Shown here: positions 21,772-31,818 of the stretch, piece by piece
How positions within the stretch are numbered: position 1 is the first letter of the stretch
Layout of the letters: every line of letters starts with the position of its first letter
From: an uncultured Nitrospinota bacterium
Lineage (GTDB): Bacteria; Tectomicrobia; Entotheonellia; J063; CAVPRW01
NCBI GenBank assembly: GCA_963707985.1
Contig: CAVPRW010000001.1
Coordinates: 32,001-96,000, forward strand
Direction: 5' to 3'
DNA: 64,000 nucleotides
The notes under the pieces: model-generated
Database searches by the model: none
What the model was told of the DNA's origin: nothing
Seen by the model: the letters and a program-made list of their open reading frames with translations, nothing else
Made by a program: the position numbers and the translations under genes

Positions 21772-22253
21772 GATGGCATCAGGACCGCGGACAAAGACAC
21801 GCCGACCGGGTGACGCTGTTGGCTTCTTCGTGCCTGAGGCAGTGTTCCATACAGGGGCGGGGTGTGCGCGGCGCACGTCACCGGCGCGGAGCAGCATGAG
21901 AGCCGTAGGTGGTCGGGAAACACGATTTCCTGTCAGAGGCGGCGCCAGGACGATCCGACGGTTGAGCCTGCGGATCACCGGGGGTGGGCGCCCACCCGAC
22001 TGGTCGGCGTCGGGTGCCGGCCTCCATCGAGGGACGCGTGTGCCTCGGGGTCGCGTCACGTCGTCGAGGATTGCCCCATCCCGGGGCGGCACCTCTGCCG
22101 CTGGCGGGTGGCGAGTGCGGTGAGACGCCGTTCCGGGCCAAGCAGGACTCGGTGGTGACGGGAGCCGGGGGACCGCTGGGGCCCTGGCCCCCCTCCAGCC
22201 TACCCCTCGGCAGTCATTATGTCTAGACGGTCAGAGAGAGCGAGGAGAACGTG

Positions 22254-22676
22254 ATGGAACCACGCCATGTGTTTTGGGAGGTCGTGGAAGGTCGAAGACC
22301 GTATGGGCCAGACGCGCAAATCCTCGGGGCCAGGATCGTTGAGGCCGTGCCTGGTTCTGGCCGCATCACCGTCGAGTTTGACGGCCAGGCGTTCCCGACG
22401 CAGGTGCTGGGTCATGTGAGCGGTGGCTTTATCGCCGCCATGCTGGACTTCACGGCCAGTCGAGCGCCCGCCACCACGTTCGAGCCGAATGAGTATGGTC
22501 CGTCGCTCGAACTCAAAGTCAGTTTCATTCGAGCTGCCTATGTGGGCAAGTTTCGAGGCATTGGACGCACACTCCATCGCACCCAGTCCATTGCATTCAC
22601 GGAAGCGGAGCTGCGCAACGAAGCGGGAGAGCTCATCGCCACCGCTTCTTCGACGCTTCGCATCATTCGTCAGTGA
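22254..22676 (+). CDS. PaaI family hot-dog thioesterase
   Basis: GHVSGGFIAAMLD, SLELKVSFIR, FTEAEL...GELIATASST. Confidence 0.88.
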   Translation: MEPRHVFWEVVEGRRPYGPDAQILGARIVEAVPGSGRITVEFDGQAFPTQVLGHVSGGFIAAMLDFTASRAPATTFEPNEYGPSLELKVSFIRAAYVGKFRGIGRTLHRTQSIAFTEAELRNEAGELIATASSTLRIIRQ

Positions 22677-22682
22677 GTGCCC

Positions 22683-22790
22683 GTCTAACACGCCAATGCA
22701 GCGGACGGGGGAACAGCGGTGGTGTGCAACATGGTGGTCTGGTCGCAGTTTGGTCGCAGTGCGGCCCCCGCCGCTGGGCGTGAGCGATAG
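22683..22790 (+). repeat. Degenerate terminal attC
   Basis: GTCTAAC then GCAGCGGACGGGGG ... CCCCCGCCGCTG; R' is decayed. Confidence 0.6.
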
Positions 22791-23144
22791 AAAACAAACT
22801 TATCGCGGACGCGGTCCTCTTGCTCGCAAGCTTCCACACCTTCCACCACACCGGCACACAGCGCTGCCGGAAAGGCTCACACGCGTGTCGATAGACTCGA
22901 CCTCACCTCGCCGATAAACCTGGGTGATAGTGATCATCAAAACGCCATGCGAGCAGGGCTTCACCGCAACTGAGCTTTGTCCCCCATACATCTCTGGCAA
23001 CAGCGGCCGCATACTGGTACGTTTAATTCTGAGAGGTATGAGCGCCAAGTTTCCCGAGAGCGTTGACTCAGCGATGTCACCTAGCGTGACACTGATGTCG
23101 TCGTATGAGAGCGGCTGGGTCCGAGGGGAGGAGTGTGAGCGGTG

Positions 23145-26100
23145 ATGGCAACCGACAGTACCAAGAGCATGGACCTGATCGGGATTGTCGAACGGGAGTT
23201 GGATGTCGACGGCCGGCGATGGTCGTTGATCATGGCGGATGTTCTGGCTCCAGGATTGTTCGATGAGGCAGGCGCCATCACGGCTGAGGCGCATCGGGGC
23301 ATCGCTGATTACGTGCGATGTGTCCCACCGCACCAGGTGGCGCGGGCACGTCTGATCATCGGTGACTTTCATGTGCTGGCTCTCGTGCTGCCTGAGACGC
23401 GAACGTGTCGGCTGTACACGCCTGGTGCAGCGCAGGAAGCCTTTCTGCTGACGCTGTCGGACGATGCCGCACTGCAGGCGCATGTGGACGTCCTCGGGCA
23501 ATATCCTCCCACGTTCACGACCATCGACCAGGTGACCGTGACCTCTCACTTGGTTGATCTCCCCTCTTCCAGTACGCCAGTGGGGGGACACGCGCGAGCT
23601 GTATGGGAAACCAAGGTCTACCAAGAGGTCGAGAAGTTGGTCCGCCTGACGGAGACCTACAGACCGACGCCGGTCGAGCGCTTGCAAAACTGGTTTCTGC
23701 GGGTGACCACGGAGCATACGCCTCTACTACACCAGGTACTGCGCTTCGTCGCCGTCCTCCCCAGCCTGCGCTATGATCAGTCACACCGTGAGATGGTACG
23801 CGCCCTTCATGAGAACGTCCGTTTGCTGCAACGCACACTGACGGTGCAACTCGATCGCCACCGTTGGCGCGATCGACTCCTGGCACTGGTGGCCCGTGTC
23901 ATCGCGCTTGCTGCTGGAACGTTACCCCCTCGCATCACCGTGGCATTGGTCGATCGTGCTGTGGCACTGATCGCGACGCGGTTCATCCTACCTGATACCC
24001 CGGCCGAGGTGTCGGCGCGACTAGAAGACCTCACACGCCTGGGACGCGATGCCAGCCTGGATCAGCTAGGCGAGCTGGTGCTCACTCAGCAGGAGGCCGA
24101 GCGCTATGCCGATGCCGTCATGCGGCTGATCGATCTCACCGCGACGCACTCTGGTAGCTCGGTGGACTGGCGGACGGTCAATGCCGCTGGCATTCCACGG
24201 GCGCAGGTGTCGGTGAAACTGTCTGCCCTGTCCACACATTTCAACCCGATTGCGCCGCAGGCCACGGCTGAGGAGATGCGCCAGCGCCTGAGCCGCATCC
24301 TACAGCATGCCAAGCGCCGGGGGGCGTTCATCTGCTTCGATGCCGAGCATTATGCCTACCGCGACCTCGCCGTGCATATTCCAGCACTGGTGCTGGCCGC
24401 GACACCGGAGTTGGACGACTTCCACGATTTCGGCTTTGTCGTGCAGGCATATCTGCAGGATGCGGTCTCCTTTGTTGAGCATGTCACCACCCTCGCCCGG
24501 CAGCGTGGCCACCGCATCCAGGTGCGTCTGGTCAAGGGGGCCTACTGGGATGCGGAAACGACCGAAGCGGTGGCTGAAGACGTCCCGGCCCCAACGTTTT
24601 GGAATAAGGCGGAGACGGACATTCATTTCCAGCAGCTGGTCTTGTTGATCCTGGAACGATCGGACGCCCTGGCCCTGGCGGTGGGATCGCATAACCTGCG
24701 CGAACATGCCTTCGCCGAAACCGCCCGCACCCACCTGTATCCACTCGCCCCAGTGATCGAGCACCAGGTCCTCCACCGCTCGGCCGAAGGGCTGGCGCGG
24801 GCGCTGGCGCGAGCGGGATGGGTGACGCGCGACTACGTGCCGGTGGGGGATCTCCTGCCTGGGATCGCCTACCTAGTCCGGCGTATTCTGGAGAACTCGT
24901 CGCAAGTGGGCATCCTGGCTCAAAGCCGTGAACAGCTCTCAGCAGAGACTATCGCCACCGACCCGGCGCGTGTTCTCGCCGAGATACTCACTCAGGGGAC
25001 ATACGCCTGGGACCCCGCCGTGCAGGCGACGCATGGAGACTTCCGGCCATCCTCTCCAGTCCGCCTGCATGCGCCTGCCGAGCGGGAGGCCTTCGCCACC
25101 GCGCTGGATTCGACTAAGGTTCACAGTCCAGCATTCGTTACGCCTGCAGACGTACCCCAGATGGTGCAACGAGCCATGCAGGGAGCTGAAGCGTGGGGTG
25201 CCTGCCCACCGGAGGCACGGGCGACCGTACTGATCCGTGCCGCTGAGCTCATGCGCGCCCAACGGCTAGCCCTCGGGGCTTTGATCGTACGGGAGGGCCG
25301 TAAAGTCTGGACCGAGGCGCTCGCGGATGTGGATGAGGCGGTCGATTATCTCCGGTTCTACGCCCGCAGCGCCATACATTGGCATTCCGTCCTGGGTGAT
25401 CGCCTGCAGCCCGTCGGGATCGCGGCCGTCATCGCACCGTGGAATTTCCCTCTGGCCATTCCGTGCGGGATGACCGGGGCGGCCCTGGCGGCAGGGAACG
25501 CCGTCCTGTTGAAGCCAGCGGAGCAAACGCCAGCCATCGCTGCGGCGCTGACGACATTGCTGCATACGGCTGGCATACCCCCTGAGGCCCTGATCTTCGT
25601 CCCCGGCGATGGTCAGGTCGGAGCCGCGCTGGTGGCGGACTCACGGGTGGACCTCATCGCCTTCACGGGTTCCTGGGAGGTGGGCGCGCAGATCTTCTAT
25701 TCCTCCGCACGAGTACCAACCCGGCGGTTGCGTCGAGTCATTGCCGAGACCGGGTCGAAGAACCCCATCGTCGTCACCGCCACGGCAGATATGGATAGTG
25801 CCATCGAGGGCATCCTACGGTCGGCCTTTGGGCATGCCGGCCAGAAGTGCTCGGCCGGCTCACGCATACTCGTGGATATACGCCTGGCTCTGTCATTGGC
25901 TGAACGGTTTGGTCAGGCGGCCATGGGACTACGCCTGGGCCAAGCTGAAGATCCTGCGACACAGCTCAATCCTGTCATTACTCCGTCGGAGGCCGCACGC
26001 CTCCGTGCAGCCGCCGCACGAGCCGCCGCCGAGGTTCAGGCCACGGGCGGGAAGGTCGTGGTCGACGCCACAGCGAGTGTCGACAGTCCTGATCTGGTGG

Positions 26101-27017
26101 GGCCAGCTATCTTTCTGTTGCGCGACGGTGTTGCTCCGGCACACGTGCCATCCGTGCATGAAGAGCTCTTCGGGCCCATCGTCCATGTGATCCCCTACTC
26201 CACGCTGGCACAGGCTGTACAGTTCGCCAACGGCGTCCCCTATGCGCTCACGGCAGGTATCTTCGCGCAGAGCAGCGAGGACGTGGAGTTCTTGGCGCGT
26301 TACCTGGACGCTGGCAGCGTGTATATTAACCGTCCGATCACCGCCGCGCGGGTTGGCGTCGAGCCTTTCGGCGGCTTCAAACGCTCAGGGACCGGTCCCA
26401 AGGCGGGTAGTGAAGAGTACCTCCTAGCATTCGTCGACATCGCCCCAGGCGCTCCAGCGGTCGCGGCTGTGGTGGTGGAGAATCTCCGACGCGAGGCTCT
26501 CCGTGCCCTGGCGCCACGTCCCACCGTGGACATCCCCGGCCAGTTGAATCGGTTGGTGTATGATCGACCGCTGGGACATGGGCTGGTGCTGGCCGACACC
26601 CCAGCCTATTTCCGACAGGCGGCGGTTGTGGCTGCCCTCACCGCCGGGAATGCTGTCACCGCCGTGGTGCAGAACTCGGAAGAGGCCGAGACCCTGCGAG
26701 CCGTGGCACTGCATGGCACCACCCCAGGGTTGGATACGGAGCGGTTCCATGTTGTCGTGGGAACGGACGCTGAAGCCCTGGCCTCCATCTCGACCTTCGA
26801 TTTCGTCGCCGGGTCGACTGCCGGTCTGCGCGCCGCCGCTCATGCGTATGCCGAGCATCCCAAATGGGACCAACTGCCAGCCTTCATTGGGCCAGACAAT
26901 GGAGCCCCGCCCGATCTTCCGGCGGAGTTCATACGACGCTTCGTCCGGCCCCGGCTGATCGCCGAAAATACCCTCCGGCACGGCGCGCTGATTTCGACCG
27001 GCGGCAAGTGGGACTAA
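23145..27017 (+). CDS. putA: Bifunctional proline dehydrogenase / P5C dehydrogenase
   Basis: SVKLSAL, QAYL, RLVKGAYWD, SHN.R, AYLVRRILEN; ALDH motifs PWNFP, FTGS, GQKCSA, PFGG.K.SG. Confidence 0.9.
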   Translation: MATDSTKSMDLIGIVERELDVDGRRWSLIMADVLAPGLFDEAGAITAEAHRGIADYVRCVPPHQVARARLIIGDFHVLALVLPETRTCRLYTPGAAQEAFLLTLSDDAALQAHVDVLGQYPPTFTTIDQVTVTSHLVDLPSSSTPVGGHARAVWETKVYQEVEKLVRLTETYRPTPVERLQNWFLRVTTEHTPLLHQVLRFVAVLPSLRYDQSHREMVRALHENVRLLQRTLTVQLDRHRWRDRLLALVARVIALAAGTLPPRITVALVDRAVALIATRFILPDTPAEVSARLEDLTRLGRDASLDQLGELVLTQQEAERYADAVMRLIDLTATHSGSSVDWRTVNAAGIPRAQVSVKLSALSTHFNPIAPQATAEEMRQRLSRILQHAKRRGAFICFDAEHYAYRDLAVHIPALVLAATPELDDFHDFGFVVQAYLQDAVSFVEHVTTLARQRGHRIQVRLVKGAYWDAETTEAVAEDVPAPTFWNKAETDIHFQQLVLLILERSDALALAVGSHNLREHAFAETARTHLYPLAPVIEHQVLHRSAEGLARALARAGWVTRDYVPVGDLLPGIAYLVRRILENSSQVGILAQSREQLSAETIATDPARVLAEILTQGTYAWDPAVQATHGDFRPSSPVRLHAPAEREAFATALDSTKVHSPAFVTPADVPQMVQRAMQGAEAWGACPPEARATVLIRAAELMRAQRLALGALIVREGRKVWTEALADVDEAVDYLRFYARSAIHWHSVLGDRLQPVGIAAVIAPWNFPLAIPCGMTGAALAAGNAVLLKPAEQTPAIAAALTTLLHTAGIPPEALIFVPGDGQVGAALVADSRVDLIAFTGSWEVGAQIFYSSARVPTRRLRRVIAETGSKNPIVVTATADMDSAIEGILRSAFGHAGQKCSAGSRILVDIRLALSLAERFGQAAMGLRLGQAEDPATQLNPVITPSEAARLRAAAARAAAEVQATGGKVVVDATASVDSPDLVGPAIFLLRDGVAPAHVPSVHEELFGPIVHVIPYSTLAQAVQFANGVPYALTAGIFAQSSEDVEFLARYLDAGSVYINRPITAARVGVEPFGGFKRSGTGPKAGSEEYLLAFVDIAPGAPAVAAVVVENLRREALRALAPRPTVDIPGQLNRLVYDRPLGHGLVLADTPAYFRQAAVVAALTAGNAVTAVVQNSEEAETLRAVALHGTTPGLDTERFHVVVGTDAEALASISTFDFVAGSTAGLRAAAHAYAEHPKWDQLPAFIGPDNGAPPDLPAEFIRRFVRPRLIAENTLRHGALISTGGKWD

Positions 27018-27134
27018 CGCAGCAGCACTCACAACGTCTGGAGGCTATGTCAAGGGCTAACGACTTCCTGCCACATCCTCGCAAACGAACTCGCCGCTGC
27101 GCGCGATGGCCTGCAGCGCTTCTAGGAGGATAGA

Positions 27135-27570
27135 TGCAGACCGATGCCACACCTGCGGCTGTTCTCCTAGGGCGCGGACCTTCTTGCACCCCAGCCGCTG
27201 GCCTGTGGCTGTCTCCTACGTGAGCTCCGTGGTCCACTGCACCGCGGCCTTCTACACATCGGGTGGCGTGCGACGCTCCGTCAACCCCAGCATGGTCTTC
27301 AGGGGAGTACTGCCGCCCTGAGAACGCGTACAGTCAACGTGGTAGCGCCGCAGCCCGATCGCCCCCACCAGCGTCTCCAGGGTGCGCTCCTGGGGACCAC
27401 GCGCCGATCGCGCCTGTCCACACCGGGGGCAGGCTGCCGTGCGCGGCTCCACCAAGCCCTCCGTGATCGCGTGGGTCAACTCCTGCCGCAAGGCAAAGAC
27501 CGCTTGGGTCAGCTCTTCCAAGGTGGGTGTGGGGGCTTTCACCTGCGCCTCCAGTCGATCCAACCAGAGT
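27135..27570 (-). pseudogene. ISKra4-like transposase fragment
   Basis: AVFALRQELT, CPRCG...RTLETLVGAI.LRR. Confidence 0.6.
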
Positions 27571-27661
27571 CGAGCACTTCGACAAGGAAGCCCGCAGAGT
27601 CGCACTTGTCTGGGAAAATCTCGCCAAACTGGGTGAAGGCTTAAGCAGACCCTGAGCGCTC

Positions 27662-27980
27662 TTGAATGCCGCACTAGCCTATGAGTTGGCCGGATACCAG
27701 GCCAATGCTACGTATCTGGCGAGGGAGGTTTTACCTCGCTTAGATGCTGATCTTCAGCCGGACCTTTACTCGCTTGTCTCGAGTTTTCTGCAACGCAGGC
27801 TCCTCCTGACTTGGCGTCTCAGTGAGCAACTCCGCCGGTACCCTCCCGACGCTTCACAAGAGCTGGACGTTTTGGCGTTAAAGCTCGGAGAGATGGTCCT
27901 CGGCGATGCTTTGGCGAAGGCCTGCCGCTTCTTCTTGAATGGCTCGACGTCTTCATTCAAAGCGAGACTACGTCTCCTAA
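27662..27980 (+). pseudogene. Gene fragment, possibly from the N-terminal region of a large helicase
   Basis: NAALAYELAGYQANA...SFLQRRLL; truncated on both sides; assignment is from recall only. Confidence 0.3.
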
Positions 27981-27983
27981 AGG

Positions 27984-29159
27984 TCAGGCCATGGTGTATT
28001 TGCGGAGGATCTTCTCATCCAGCTCGATTCCCAGCCCGGGCTTGTTCGGCGGGGCCGCCATATAACCGTCGGCAAAGATCTCGATCGGCTCTTTGACGAG
28101 ATCGTGCCGTAGAGGGTTGGGCTGGTCCTTAGACCAGTCGCTCTGCATATACTCGTAGGTCAAGAAGTGCGGTAGAGCCGCAGCAATGTGCAGTCCTACT
28201 GCCAAGGCGACAGCTGAACAGCTGCCGGTATGGGGGGCATAGGGAATGTGGAAGGCGCTGCTCATGGCGGCGATCTTGCGCGCCTCGCTCAGCCCGCCGG
28301 TGCGGCAGGCATTCGGTTGGACGATGTCGACCGCCCGGCGCACCAGGAGATCACGAAAATCGTAGCGTGTAAAGGATGCTTCGCCGGCAGCCACGGGGAT
28401 ATCCAAAGCGGCCGCCAACGCCTGATAGCCATCGACATGCTCAGGGCTGAGGGGCTCTTCATACCAGGCGATGTCGAGCGCTTCCAACTGCCGCCCCACG
28501 CGCAATGCCGTGCCCACATCAGCATGATACCCGCAGTTGACATCGACCATCAGAGTAATGCGATCTCCGACCTCTTTGCGGATGGCCTTCACCAGGCTCA
28601 GATCATCGGTTGGGTCGAAGGGATTCTGGCCAATCTTGATCTTCATCGCCCGGAAGCCACGCTCAACAAACGTCCTGGCCGTGTCGAGCGTGGTTTCGAG
28701 ACCGCGAAAGCGGAGTGATGAGGCATAGGCGGCGATGCGGTCGCGCTGCTTGCCGCCCAGCAGTTGATAGACCGGCACCCCATAGGCCTTACCGGTCACA
28801 TCCCACAGAGCGATGTCGATTCCACTGACGGCTTCGATAAAAAACCCGCGCGAGTGACCGCGATTCATCATGGTACCATACATGAGCTCCCAGAGCACTT
28901 CGGTTTCCCGCGGATCTTTGCCGCACAGTACTGGGGCAATCTCTTCCACGATCGCCTGCAGCGCCTTTGGGGCAAGCCGCGTCATGCACTCACCGATGCC
29001 GATCAGGCCTTCATCGGTGAACACCTGGACAATCGTGGCCCGGTAGCCGCCAAAGACGACGGATGCCAATTGATCGGCGTAGGGCAGGGCAATCGGCGCG
29101 CCAACGCTCTGTTCCAGGGGAACAAAGAGCGGAATGGCTCGGATCTCGGTAATTTTCAT
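27984..29159 (-). CDS. Mandelate racemase / muconate lactonizing enzyme family
   Basis: SGIDIALWD..GK, KIKIG, MVDVN, WYEEP, GE, DIVQP, APH. Confidence 0.92.
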   Translation of the reverse strand: MKITEIRAIPLFVPLEQSVGAPIALPYADQLASVVFGGYRATIVQVFTDEGLIGIGECMTRLAPKALQAIVEEIAPVLCGKDPRETEVLWELMYGTMMNRGHSRGFFIEAVSGIDIALWDVTGKAYGVPVYQLLGGKQRDRIAAYASSLRFRGLETTLDTARTFVERGFRAMKIKIGQNPFDPTDDLSLVKAIRKEVGDRITLMVDVNCGYHADVGTALRVGRQLEALDIAWYEEPLSPEHVDGYQALAAALDIPVAAGEASFTRYDFRDLLVRRAVDIVQPNACRTGGLSEARKIAAMSSAFHIPYAPHTGSCSAVALAVGLHIAAALPHFLTYEYMQSDWSKDQPNPLRHDLVKEPIEIFADGYMAAPPNKPGLGIELDEKILRKYTMA

Positions 29160-29504
29160 CGTGACCTCCAATCGACAGGGCCTTCCTCCTGATTACCTAC
29201 TGGTACTTCACGCCATCGATCATGCGGGATCATAGCCGACAACGTTGCTCTGCCACAAGAGGCGACAGCCAAGGGTAACGGCAGAGGGCATCACAGCGGG
29301 CTCCGTCACTGTTTTGTGACGCCGGCTCTGAAACGATTTCCTCTCCCCAGCCCTCTCCCAGTGGGCGAGGGAGGAAAGCGAATCCTCATGTGACGGTGCA
29401 AACTGGTGATGTGTACGCGCCTCAGAAACCGTTATTGACATTCGATGGCGTGCTGACTACAGTGCGCGGAAAACGTAGGGAAGAATAAACGAAGGAGGGC
29501 AGCC

Positions 29505-31115
29505 GTGACGTACGACATCATCATCATCGGCGCAGGTTCAGCGGGGGCAGTGCTCGCCACCCGATTATCCGAGGACTCGAAGCAGTCCGTCCTCCTCCTA
29601 GAAGCGGGGCCGGACTACCCTCAATTTGAACATCTCCCGGAAGAGCTCAAGTTCGGCTTTGACACTGGTACAGGCACACCACCCCTGCGAACTCCGGCGG
29701 GCCATCCCATTTCGCTCTTGAGCAGCCCGCATAACTGGCAGTTCGTCGCTAGAGCCACCGCCAAGGCACCGCCGATGCCAGTGCCCAGGGGCAAGGTGAC
29801 GGGCGGGTCCAGCGCCATCAATACTTCCGCCTTCTACCGCGGCATCCCGGATGATTTCGACGCCTGGGCCTCTGGCGGCAACGATCAGTGGAGCTTCGAC
29901 AAAGTCCTTCCGTACTTCCGGCTGATCGAGACCGACGTTGACTACCATGACGAGTACCACGGAAGCGATGGCCCGATCTTCGTCCACCATGCCAATCGAG
30001 AGCAGTGGCACCCGACCCAATGGGCCTTCTACAATGCCTGTCGGGCCGCGGGCTTTCCCGAGTGTTTGGACCACAACCACCCCGACGCATCAGGTGTCGG
30101 GCCATCCATCTCGAATAATCACCACCGCGTGCGCCTCAGTACCGCCCTGGGCTACCTGTGCCAGTGCCGGCACCGCCTCAACCTGACGATCCGCCCCAAC
30201 TGTCTGGTCCACCGTATCGTGTTTGACGGCAATCGAGCAGTGGCGGTGGCGGCGAACAGCGGCGGTGAGATATTCACCATCCAAGGTGAGCACATCATCC
30301 TGAGCGCTGGTGCCGTGGGTTCCCCCCATCTCCTCATGCTCTCGGGCGTGGGGCCGGGCGAACAGCTCAGGGGCCATGGCATCCCAGTGGTACAGGATAT
30401 GCCCGGCGTGGGGCAGCACCTCAGGGACCATCCCAAGGTCTATCTCACGTGGGATATCAAAGACGGCTACCCGGTGGAGGAGCGGCCAGCCCGCGGTGGT
30501 GCAGTGTTGCGCTTCACCGCCCCAGGCTCGGATTGGCGCAACGATGTGAGCATCAATATGGGTACGTTTGTCACCGAACGTCTTCCATGGTCAGCTATTC
30601 AGGAGCTGGCCCAGGGCGAAAAGCGCCCAACCCACCGGCGGACTGAGATGATGGTCGCCCTGCTGTCCCCCGTGGGATCAGGTGAACTCAGGCTGACATC
30701 GCGCGATGCACACATCCAACCCTTTCTGGACTATAATTATTTGGCAGACCCCGTCGACCGGCAACGCTTGCGAGCCGGCGTGCGGCAAGCCCTCATCCTG
30801 GCGGGGGACGACCACCTGAAGGAGATCATCGGGCCGAGGCTCAACCCGACCGATGCCGACCTGGCCTCTGACGCCACGTTGGACGAATGGTTGCAGCGCG
30901 AGGTCACGACGTATTCGCACATCTCAGGTACGTGCAAGATGGGGCCAGATTCGGATGCCATGGCCGTGGTGGATCAAGCCGGCAAGGTCCATGGCTTGGA
31001 GGGGTTGCGCGTGGTCGACGCCTCGATCATGCCCACCCTGGTGCGGGCGCCGATCAATCCGACTGTGTTGATGATGGGCGAACGAATCGCTGCGCTTATG
31101 CGCCAGGGCGAGTAG
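29505..31115 (+). CDS. GMC family flavin oxidoreductase
   Basis: IIGAGSAG, RGKVTGGSSAIN, H.SGTCKMG, LRVVDASIMP. Confidence 0.93.
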   Translation: MTYDIIIIGAGSAGAVLATRLSEDSKQSVLLLEAGPDYPQFEHLPEELKFGFDTGTGTPPLRTPAGHPISLLSSPHNWQFVARATAKAPPMPVPRGKVTGGSSAINTSAFYRGIPDDFDAWASGGNDQWSFDKVLPYFRLIETDVDYHDEYHGSDGPIFVHHANREQWHPTQWAFYNACRAAGFPECLDHNHPDASGVGPSISNNHHRVRLSTALGYLCQCRHRLNLTIRPNCLVHRIVFDGNRAVAVAANSGGEIFTIQGEHIILSAGAVGSPHLLMLSGVGPGEQLRGHGIPVVQDMPGVGQHLRDHPKVYLTWDIKDGYPVEERPARGGAVLRFTAPGSDWRNDVSINMGTFVTERLPWSAIQELAQGEKRPTHRRTEMMVALLSPVGSGELRLTSRDAHIQPFLDYNYLADPVDRQRLRAGVRQALILAGDDHLKEIIGPRLNPTDADLASDATLDEWLQREVTTYSHISGTCKMGPDSDAMAVVDQAGKVHGLEGLRVVDASIMPTLVRAPINPTVLMMGERIAALMRQGE

Positions 31116-31245
31116 GATGCGGCCGCAGAATCGCGCCCGTCCAAACGATGCTACCCATCTCTGCTCCCACTAGAGTACAATAAGGCTCGTCTTGGTTGAT
31201 AAACCCGGTCAACGGTATACAAACTCGGTGACAGGAGGTGACGCG

Positions 31246-31743
31246 ATGTCCAGAGTGGCCTTGATCCAACACATCAATATCCAGGTCAGCAATCGCGAGC
31301 GCACCCGAAAGTGGTACGAAGAGGTGCTAGGGGCGGAGTTTTTGGACCGTGGTCCGGAACTCAACAAACGACAGCTGCAGTTGCGGATTGGCAGCGCCGA
31401 GATTCACACGACCGATACCGCAGACCCGGTGCGGGTGCCCTCAGTCCATTTCGCGGTGGAAATTCCTGACTGGGATGAGATGATCGCCAATCTAGATAAG
31501 CTAGGTGTGCCATATAGCACGAGGACGCGCAGCGAGCCCGCGGTAAGCGGCTCCAACTATGGACGACGCGAGTATAGCGGCGGTTACTCGACCTACATTC
31601 AGGATCCTGATGGCAACACGATCGAGCTCGTGCATCATCCGTTGGGGGTGGAGGACTCCCAGGGGAACAAGGTCGAGCTACCCCATGACCCCAAAAGCCT
31701 GAAATGGAGTTTGCGTCCCGGTTTCGGTCCTGCTGCTAGCTGA
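31246..31743 (+). CDS. VOC/glyoxalase family protein
   Basis: IQHINIQV...WYEEVLG, HFAVE, YIQDPDGNTIEL. Confidence 0.85.
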   Translation: MSRVALIQHINIQVSNRERTRKWYEEVLGAEFLDRGPELNKRQLQLRIGSAEIHTTDTADPVRVPSVHFAVEIPDWDEMIANLDKLGVPYSTRTRSEPAVSGSNYGRREYSGGYSTYIQDPDGNTIELVHHPLGVEDSQGNKVELPHDPKSLKWSLRPGFGPAAS

Positions 31744-31818
31744 TGGCGACTATTAACGGCGGTGAGCCACGTGTCAGGAGTGTGTGGTTCACCGCGCTGA
31801 CACACTGGCCAGACACGG

